This document shows, one piece after another, positions 57,371-64,000 of a stretch of DNA of 64,000 nucleotides. Numbering within the stretch: the first letter of the stretch is position 1; each line of letters begins with the position of its first letter. Made by a program: the position numbers and the translations under genes. The DNA lies in the IMG/VR virus record IMGVR_UViG_3300035070_002905, positions 32,001 through 96,000 of that record; one strand, 5' to 3'. The notes below the pieces were generated by a model. That model was not told where the DNA came from and made no database searches. It saw only the letters and a list, made by a program, of their open reading frames with translations. Source of the DNA: a virus.

Positions 57371-57525
57371 AAAGTCTCCTTGTTTGCTATACTTATTTTA
57401 GTTTGAGAATACACCCTAAAATATCTTAATGTATGCTTGACGATATCAAAGGAGGGGTGGTAGGTCATCTAGTACCGGCGCCCGTTCCTTCTAGATATTA
57501 AAATAGTAGTAAAGAGGAGGCTTTT

Positions 57526-58200
57526 ATGTCACATATAAAACCAAAGGACCTCTACAAGCGTAGAGACCGATATAACAAGAAGATTCGCGGGTTCCACCCC
57601 CTCGTAGATGACCTGCTAGACGGCAAGATCGACGAGGAGTTGATGGAAGAGGTCAACGAGATCTACCACGACTCAGATATCACCAAAATACACGTAGAAG
57701 CTGCATTATGTTCAGATAGTAGCTACGATAAGATCTCCGAGGTGCTAGGTATCCCTGCAGACATCCTCGAATTGTACCACGACTGGATGTATCCTATCCG
57801 TGAACTCGGGTTGTCTTACAAGATACGTCATATCAACAAACTACCGGCAGGTACTGGACGAACTTACAAACAGTACGTGCATACAGAGGGTCTAGACTAC
57901 CTGATTCACCTCCTCGGTGGTAAAGTGGAGGTCTCACCTACTGAAATCATCAAAGAAAGCATGCAGACTGCTTACATGAAGGGCAAAGAGGCTCGTCATA
58001 GTAATATTTCATCAGAATCAAGCAAACAGGCACGAAATTGGATGCGAGACGGTGTTCAAACCGCATTAATCGTTAAAAATGAGCTTGGCGGCGCTGATAA
58101 CTACGATGCAGTGGCTGAATTGAGTGAAAAACTACAACTTGTACACGGCAAGGACGATGCGGCAAGCGCAGAAGACCTTGGAATTACTTTGGAGCCCTAG
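57526..58200 (+). CDS. Hypothetical protein, divergent from terL (possible terminase small subunit)
   Basis: Class B motif at 57499; HTH-like YDKISEVLGIP; function inferred from position. Confidence 0.5.
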   Translation: MSHIKPKDLYKRRDRYNKKIRGFHPLVDDLLDGKIDEELMEEVNEIYHDSDITKIHVEAALCSDSSYDKISEVLGIPADILELYHDWMYPIRELGLSYKIRHINKLPAGTGRTYKQYVHTEGLDYLIHLLGGKVEVSPTEIIKESMQTAYMKGKEARHSNISSESSKQARNWMRDGVQTALIVKNELGGADNYDAVAELSEKLQLVHGKDDAASAEDLGITLEP

Positions 58201-58224
58201 TGGCTCCATTTTTTTCGTTTTCCT

Positions 58225-58233
58225 GTTATAAGT
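58225..58233 (+). promoter_or_regulatory. Class A promoter-like motif (partial) GTTATAAGT
   Basis: Follows a terminator-like hairpin/T tract ending ~58215. Confidence 0.5.
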
Positions 58234-58269
58234 CCCTTGAGTATACAAACAATTTACCAGGAGATGCTG

Positions 58270-58431
58270 ATGAAGTATTTCACACAGTCCAGTGGAGTGT
58301 ACGCCGTGATCCTCGTAGCATTATGTGCTTTGATGGCCTACGCGTGTTCATTTACTGTAGTCGCACTGATCCCAGGCATGTTTGGGATTCTAACTATCAT
58401 GAGTTATATGGATGACGTATGGAATATTTAA
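58270..58431 (+). CDS. Small membrane protein
   Basis: SD AGGAG; hydrophobic. Confidence 0.55.
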   Translation: MKYFTQSSGVYAVILVALCALMAYACSFTVVALIPGMFGILTIMSYMDDVWNI

Positions 58432-58583
58432 AGAGTGAGAACGTTGTAGGTCTAGCAGGTACAATCCTTGCGCTAGTCATCATGGGAGCTATCCTCGCGC
58501 TGTGCACCTGGTTGGTGTTCCAGTCTGCGTGGTGGTTGTTACCAATATTCTTAGGGCTCATGGCTCTCGGGGAGGCTGGATGA
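58419..58583 (+). CDS. Small membrane protein (54 aa, not in ORF track)
   Basis: MEYLKSENVVGLAGTILALVIMGAILALCTWLVF...GEAG*. Confidence 0.5.
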   Translation: MEYLKSENVVGLAGTILALVIMGAILALCTWLVFQSAWWLLPIFLGLMALGEAG

Positions 58584-58966
58584 GTGAATGGACAGAATAC
58601 CTCAGTCGTGCAGTCAACGGGTCGGGTGAACTGGCCATTCATGTGGATGAGCGTGAGAATCGCATCATTTTAGACACCGGCGAGAAGAATAAGCTGCGTC
58701 TAGGTCATAAAGCGTGGAAACATGCTGGTTTTGAGCTAAATCTACCTGATTATGAGGGTAAATTGACGCATATTCGCTGTTCTTATCGTGAAGTGCAGCT
58801 CGAGAAGGTAATTCTACACGATAAACGCTATGAACTCGTTACTACTACCGGTTCGTATAATATCGTGCACCGTGCCTTCTGGCCTAACCGTGAGAACCAG
58901 CAACACTACGAGCACATGGACGGATTCGTCGAGCGTGTGCCTAAAAATAAATACTTTGTACAGTGA
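58580..58966 (+). CDS. Hypothetical protein
   Basis: SD GGAGG; ATGA coupling. Confidence 0.6.
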   Translation: MSEWTEYLSRAVNGSGELAIHVDERENRIILDTGEKNKLRLGHKAWKHAGFELNLPDYEGKLTHIRCSYREVQLEKVILHDKRYELVTTTGSYNIVHRAFWPNRENQQHYEHMDGFVERVPKNKYFVQ

Positions 58967-58972
58967 GGTAAC

Positions 58973-59179
58973 ATGGTACCAGAATATTTCTCACTTGATT
59001 TCAAGGGCGTAGTCGCTGCAGTCAAGTCTAAAGAGTATATTACAGATGAGATGGCTATTCTCAAAGTTACTCCGGTCTCCGGTGGACTTCGAGTCGAGCA
59101 CGTGACGTTCAGTCGCTGTTGTCCACCTGAATATGACACTACTACCGTAACAGAAGAGGAAATTAACAATGAAATTTGA
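58973..59179 (+). CDS. Hypothetical protein
   Basis: SD GAGG. Confidence 0.5.
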   Translation: MVPEYFSLDFKGVVAAVKSKEYITDEMAILKVTPVSGGLRVEHVTFSRCCPPEYDTTTVTEEEINNEI

Positions 59180-59423
59180 AGTTATCGCAACGCGCCTAAC
59201 AAATAAGAGCAACCGAGTAGAAGTTGCACTGCAAGCTCTTAAAGATATGCAAGATGAATGCTTCCACGATCATGTTGAAGAGACCTTCGAACCATATTTC
59301 GAAACGATGGGCATTTATCGTGCAGCTCCCTGGTCAATGATGAGCGGTCCAGAGTATTTCTACGTGTGTGTCCAGCAAGTTGGCACCGGTCACCGATATG
59401 AAATCCTCAAGTTGCTACAATAA
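59169..59423 (+). CDS. Hypothetical protein
   Basis: SD GAGG. Confidence 0.55.
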   Translation: MKFEVIATRLTNKSNRVEVALQALKDMQDECFHDHVEETFEPYFETMGIYRAAPWSMMSGPEYFYVCVQQVGTGHRYEILKLLQ

Positions 59424-59735
59424 TACACGTTGCTACACGTTTTGCTACACGCTAAAGCTAGGCCCTGCCTGGCTTTTCTTGTTTTTGTAGCAATGTAGCA
59501 TGTAGCAGTCGTTTTAGATACACACTTATAGAGAAAGACATACTAATACTTGGTCTTATATATAAATAAATAAAATCTCGTTTAGTGTATAGATGTGTAT
59601 AATAATGATACTCTCTCTACTAGTATGTGTATGTAAACGGATTTTTTTGCTACAATGCTACAAAATGGCACAAACCCTTACCCCGCCTAGAGAAATCGTG
59701 TAGCAAACCATGTAGCAAACTGTATTTTTGTAGCA
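59413..59735. repeat. Palindromic iteron-like element 2; candidate replication origin
   Basis: TGCTACA at 59413, 59431, 59443, 59648, 59656; TGTAGCA at 59486, 59494, 59501, 59699, 59711, 59729; AT-rich core. Confidence 0.8.
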
Positions 59736-59780
59736 AAACGACTCTTAAATTAGCTATTGACAAACGAAAGGACTGATGAT

Positions 59781-60164
59781 ATGAATCATCAAATAACTCT
59801 TACTCGTGGAGATCGGGAAGGCTTCGAGGAGTTTACCGACATCTTCACTAACGAAAGAAACAACAAAATCATCATCTGGTTTGAAGGTGACATATGTGGA
59901 CGCGGTGTACAATTCGGATTCGGTCACCCAGATCCGGACGCCTACTTCGAGATTCTAGATATAGAGGAGCCGGTAGGTTCTTTTGAAAGTCTAGAGCTAT
60001 ACGACGCCGAGCAGGTACATCCTGACACCCATCGCATGACGTATATCATCGTCACCGATCAAGGCCGCTACCCTATATGTATATTCCAGCATGAATCCAT
60101 CAATGTTAGCACGCAGTCTATCTGGAAGGGTGAAGTAGGCCGAGACTGGGAGAGTATACTATGA
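59781..60164 (+). CDS. Tandem paralogue 1 (ends WESIL)
   Basis: FGF..DPDAYFE, YIIVTD.GRYPIC. Confidence 0.7.
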   Translation: MNHQITLTRGDREGFEEFTDIFTNERNNKIIIWFEGDICGRGVQFGFGHPDPDAYFEILDIEEPVGSFESLELYDAEQVHPDTHRMTYIIVTDQGRYPICIFQHESINVSTQSIWKGEVGRDWESIL

Positions 60165-60541
60165 GTCCAGTATCAACGCTGAGACGTGGTGATCGTCCCG
60201 GGTTCTACGATCTGGTAGACATCCAGATCTCGCCAGAAGGCTCCCGTCTACACCTGCGGTTCGAAGAGGGTACTAGCAATACCGGTATCACCTTCGGATT
60301 TCACGACGACCCAGACGCCTACTTCGAGATGCCTGAATTCGATGAGCTCGAGGGCGAGTTCCTCCGCCTAGAGGTATACCCTCGCGAGTGGGTCCACGAG
60401 TATACAACGGCACGTGTAGAGTATATAATAGTCACCGATAAGGGTCGCTATCCGATATGCATAATGAAGCATCAATCAGATGATGATAGTGGTGTAAGTC
60501 ACTGGGCCCACAATCCTAACTGGGAGAGTATCCTATGGTAA
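60161..60541 (+). CDS. Tandem paralogue 2 (ends WESILW)
   Basis: Same motifs as paralogue 1. Confidence 0.7.
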   Translation: MSPVSTLRRGDRPGFYDLVDIQISPEGSRLHLRFEEGTSNTGITFGFHDDPDAYFEMPEFDELEGEFLRLEVYPREWVHEYTTARVEYIIVTDKGRYPICIMKHQSDDDSGVSHWAHNPNWESILW

Positions 60542-60912
60542 TGGCAACACTTGGTCCTACCGATGGTCTGGTAGACTTCCACGATATCCACACACAGGAG
60601 GGCAATGAGATCCTCCTCGAGTACCTCGACCGCGACGGTGCTCCCGTAGGCGTCGCCTGGGGCTTTAACGTACGAGACAACTGCACCTACGAGATCCTAG
60701 ACTTCACCGAACCCACCGGTGATCACATCCGCACCATCTTCGGAGCCCGACACACCCTCCACGAGGATACCACGGCTACGATGACGGTAACGATAGTCAC
60801 CGAGGACGGAGAGTTCCCGATCACCATCCTACAACACGGTCGTTCACGTGCAGACACCACCGGTCGCTGGATACGAGAGGTCCACCATGATGAGTGGGAG
60901 AGTATCCTATGA
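60535..60912 (+). CDS. Tandem paralogue 3 (ends WESIL)
   Basis: WGF, YEILD..EP.G, IVTEDGEFPI. Confidence 0.7.
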   Translation: MVMATLGPTDGLVDFHDIHTQEGNEILLEYLDRDGAPVGVAWGFNVRDNCTYEILDFTEPTGDHIRTIFGARHTLHEDTTATMTVTIVTEDGEFPITILQHGRSRADTTGRWIREVHHDEWESIL

Positions 60913-61253
60913 TCCTAGCAGAAATAAAGTACACAGGCGGTCGGACTAAGATATACGACATCTTCCACTACGATGAGTGTAGTCTATTCTTCCAGTTCGA
61001 CGATGGCTTCGTCCAATATGGATACGAGCACGGCCGTACCTGTGAACTAATCGCACCCGACGACTTCGAAGGTGACTTCGTAACGCTCATCCTGCATGAA
61101 TCTAACGAAGTACATCGAAATGTACACGAATCTCTGGCTGTACTACGCACTACAGTCGGGGAATACCACTTCCTCATCCGCACCCACGGCTCGCCCACTA
61201 CCATCGGACGACACACGAACAACCTACCCGTGGACGCGGAGAGCATACTATAA
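60909..61253 (+). CDS. Tandem paralogue 4 (ends AESIL)
   Basis: YGY, EGDFV.L, LRTTVGEY. Confidence 0.65.
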   Translation: MILAEIKYTGGRTKIYDIFHYDECSLFFQFDDGFVQYGYEHGRTCELIAPDDFEGDFVTLILHESNEVHRNVHESLAVLRTTVGEYHFLIRTHGSPTTIGRHTNNLPVDAESIL

Positions 61254-61263
61254 GGAGCAACAC

Positions 61264-61497
61264 ATGGCAATTCTTGGAACAATCTTCGGCAGCCTCGGCA
61301 TGTTACTATCGGCAATCTCAATCCGCTTCGGTTGGATTATCATACTGGCTGCAGGCATCATCGACCTAATCAACGGAGCCGGCGTCGGCGCTGCACTATG
61401 GACGTGCACGTGGACCTTCTTCGTGCTCGTAGTTTGTGCGATTTTAGGCTTTATCTTCTCGGCTATCGTAACTGCAATCTCTGCTGATAATCTGTAA
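61264..61497 (+). CDS. Small membrane protein
   Basis: SD AAGGAG; hydrophobic throughout. Confidence 0.6.
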   Translation: MAILGTIFGSLGMLLSAISIRFGWIIILAAGIIDLINGAGVGAALWTCTWTFFVLVVCAILGFIFSAIVTAISADNL

Positions 61498-61532
61498 TAA
61501 AATACCTCTACCCCCAAATAAAAGGAATTACA

Positions 61533-63773
61533 ATGAAACTGACTGATACTCGTCAAATGATGGCCGACGCTAAGTTCTTCGAAGCATACTCTCGCTACAA
61601 CAGCACCCCTGCAGACTTTCTAGCAGGCACTGCCGGCTACGAGAGCTGGGAGACCTCAGTCAAGCGTGTAATGGATATGCACCGCACCAAGTACGCAGCA
61701 GAGATGACGCCTGAACTTGAAGAGATGATCGCATTCGCCCAGAAGGCATACACCGAGAAACGTGTACTAGGTGCACAGCGTGCCCTACAATTCGGTGGCG
61801 ATCAGATCCTAAAGCATAACGCTAAGATGTACAACTGTACCGTAAGTCACTGTAACCGTCCCGAGTTCTTCGGTGAAGCCATGCACATGCTCCTCTGCGG
61901 TGCCGGTGTAGGCTTCTCGGTTCAGTCACACCACGTCGAGCAGATTCCTCCGCTTAAAGCCCGTGGTAAACGCGCTAAGACATACGTGGTAGATGATTCT
62001 ATCGAAGGCTGGGCGAACTCGATCGACGTCCTAATCTCATCATTCATGAGTGAAGGCGCCAAACATCCAGAGTACTCTGGCTGTCACATCTCGTTCGACC
62101 TAAGCAACATCCGTCCACGCGGCTCATTCATCTCGGGTGGCTTCAAGGCTCCGGGCGCTGCTCCGCTACGTAAGGCCCTCGACCTAGTCGAAGCCCTGCT
62201 GGTACCTGTAGCCCTAGCCGGACGTAAGCTCAAACCGATCGAAGCCTATGATATCACCATGTACGCAGCCGATGCAGTAATCTCTGGCGGTGTACGTCGT
62301 TCAGCTACCATCTGTCTATTCGACGTGACCGACGAAGAGATGATGAACAGTAAGACCGGCGACTGGTTCAACAGTAACCCTCAACGCGGCCGAAGCAATA
62401 ACTCGGCGGTAATCCTACGTGACGAGATCACATGGGAGGAGTTCGAGCCAATCATGGAGAAGATCAAGGACTTCGGCGAGCCGGGCTTCATCTTCACCGA
62501 CAATAAGGAGTTCGCGTACAACCCGTGCGTGGAGATCGGCATGCTGCCTACCCTCGACGAGGATACCGACGGCATCCCTGCAGGTACACCGGGCTGGCAG
62601 TGCTGTAACCTAGCCGAGATGAACGGCGGACTGATCACCAGCCTCGAGGACTTCCGCATCGCCGCACGCGCCGGAGCGATCGTCTGTACACTACAGGCAG
62701 GCTACACCGACTTCGCCTTCCAGACGCCGGCCACCCGTGCCATCGTCGAGCGTGAAGCACTGATCGGCGTATCGATCACCGGCTGGATGAATAACCCTGA
62801 AGTACTCTTCAATGAGGAGAACATGAAGGAGTGCGCCGAGCTGATCCAGGCGGTAAACAAGGAAGTGGCAGCGATCATCGGGATCAACCCGGCAGCCCGT
62901 ACTACCTGTGTGAAGCCATCGGGCAACGCCAGCGTACTACTGGGCACTGCATCGGGCATCCACGGCGAGCACTCACCTAACTACCTGCGTCACATCCAAC
63001 TGGGTAAAGACACCGAGGTAGGTAAGCTGCTCGCCGAGGTCAACCCGGCCATGTGTGAAGACTCAGTCTGGACCGATGCATACTGTGTAGGCTTCCCGAT
63101 CGTAGCACCGTCGACCTCTATCTACAAAGAGGATCTATACGGCATCGAGCAACTGGAATACGTGAAGAAAGCACAACAGGTATGGGTAGAGCACGGCACC
63201 GACGTAGAACTGGGCGTCCACCCTAAGCTACGCCATAACGTGAGCAATACGATCTCCGTCCAGGACGGTACCTGGGGTGAAGTCGCCGAGTACGTCTTCG
63301 AGAACCGCTTCTACTTCGCCGGCATCTCCTTCCTAGGGGCTTCAGGCGATAAGGATTACGCCCAGGCGCCTAACGCCCAGGTGTACACCGAGGAGCAGCT
63401 GGTAGACATGTACGGTGCAGCATCGTTCTTCGCCAGCGGTCTGATCGTAGACGGCATCGACGCCTTCAACGGTGATCTATGGGATGCCTGTGCGGCAGTC
63501 CTCTGGAATCGCGAGATCCCAGTAGACAAGACGACCGTCCTACAGATTGACTGGGTGCGTCGCTTCAAGAAGTTCGCTAGCAACTACTTCGACGGTGACC
63601 AGGTGAAAGCCAGCTACTGTCTGAAGGATGTACAATACTTCCACAAATGGACTAAGATCCAGAACACTCTAGCGAGTATCAACTGGATCAACGACTTAGG
63701 CCAGAAGGAGTACACCGAGGTGGACACTATGGCTGCCGTGGCATGTTCAGGAGTAAAAGGTTGTGAAATCTGA
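61533..63773 (+). CDS. nrdA: Ribonucleotide reductase large subunit
   Basis: MYNC, LLCGAGVGF, GGVRRSA, NPCVEI, CNL, TTCVKPSGN, C-terminal CSGVKGC. Class I versus II is not resolvable here. Confidence 0.9.
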   Translation: MKLTDTRQMMADAKFFEAYSRYNSTPADFLAGTAGYESWETSVKRVMDMHRTKYAAEMTPELEEMIAFAQKAYTEKRVLGAQRALQFGGDQILKHNAKMYNCTVSHCNRPEFFGEAMHMLLCGAGVGFSVQSHHVEQIPPLKARGKRAKTYVVDDSIEGWANSIDVLISSFMSEGAKHPEYSGCHISFDLSNIRPRGSFISGGFKAPGAAPLRKALDLVEALLVPVALAGRKLKPIEAYDITMYAADAVISGGVRRSATICLFDVTDEEMMNSKTGDWFNSNPQRGRSNNSAVILRDEITWEEFEPIMEKIKDFGEPGFIFTDNKEFAYNPCVEIGMLPTLDEDTDGIPAGTPGWQCCNLAEMNGGLITSLEDFRIAARAGAIVCTLQAGYTDFAFQTPATRAIVEREALIGVSITGWMNNPEVLFNEENMKECAELIQAVNKEVAAIIGINPAARTTCVKPSGNASVLLGTASGIHGEHSPNYLRHIQLGKDTEVGKLLAEVNPAMCEDSVWTDAYCVGFPIVAPSTSIYKEDLYGIEQLEYVKKAQQVWVEHGTDVELGVHPKLRHNVSNTISVQDGTWGEVAEYVFENRFYFAGISFLGASGDKDYAQAPNAQVYTEEQLVDMYGAASFFASGLIVDGIDAFNGDLWDACAAVLWNREIPVDKTTVLQIDWVRRFKKFASNYFDGDQVKASYCLKDVQYFHKWTKIQNTLASINWINDLGQKEYTEVDTMAAVACSGVKGCEI

Positions 63774-63966
63774 TCTATGGCCCGAACTACAGTTCCCACC
63801 TATTAACCTGTGGAATGTCTGGCCGACTGAAGCAGCTGCCGACGTTCACCTACAGCACTTCATTAAGAGCTGGTACGGTGAAGAGAAGCAGTCTGCTCCG
63901 GTAGAACGGACTACGAAAATACACGAGGGTGCACAACGCATCCTCAACTATGCTAAGGGCGCCTAA
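63763..63966 (+). CDS. Small hypothetical protein
   Basis: ORF followed by a terminator hairpin at 63956-63979. Confidence 0.55.
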   Translation: MKSDLWPELQFPPINLWNVWPTEAAADVHLQHFIKSWYGEEKQSAPVERTTKIHEGAQRILNYAKGA

Positions 63967-64000
63967 GGGCGTCCTTTTTCTTGGGAGTAACAAAATGAAA

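Noticed and set aside
1-64000. Genome-wide TAG stop-codon reassignment
   Set aside because: Long genes are intact in the standard code and several end in TAG at clear boundaries (1020, 40449, 58200).
1-64000. tRNA/rRNA genes, introns, inteins, integrase
   Set aside because: No cloverleaf or splicing signatures recognised by eye; terL and the RNR gene look uninterrupted. A tRNAscan/Infernal run would be needed to exclude them formally.

Overview
A 64-kb segment of a large lytic, contractile-tailed dsDNA phage. The GrcA, SspB and GroES homologues point to a Gammaproteobacterial host; the exact host is not determinable here. Layout: (1) 1-17.8 kb, + strand: RNA-repair genes (HD-Pnk, Rnl1, Pnkp, metallophosphoesterase), thymidine kinase, GroES-like, GrcA, lipoproteins and SspB. 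(2) 17.8-34.6 kb, - strand: seven tailspike/fibre genes. (3) 34.7-40.4 kb, + strand: RuvC-like resolvase, dNMP kinase, dCMP deaminase. (4) 40.5-57.4 kb, - strand: M15 endolysin, baseplate, sigma factor, tape measure, tail chaperones with a -1 slippery site, and terminase. (5) 57.5-64 kb, + strand: a four-gene paralogue array and ribonucleotide reductase. Best unexplained signals: a separately promoted and terminated ~75-nt RNA whose hairpin loop displays an anti-Shine-Dalgarno sequence; a small protein carrying a protein-level-conserved copy of the tape-measure N-terminal 29 aa; a 16-codon mini-gene copying a tail-fibre N-terminal peptide; a stand-alone RNA polymerase beta-prime Zn-site-like protein inside the baseplate operon; two dispersed palindromic TGCTACA repeat elements; and two repeated promoter-like motifs. 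All calls come from reading the sequence by eye; no database search was run.
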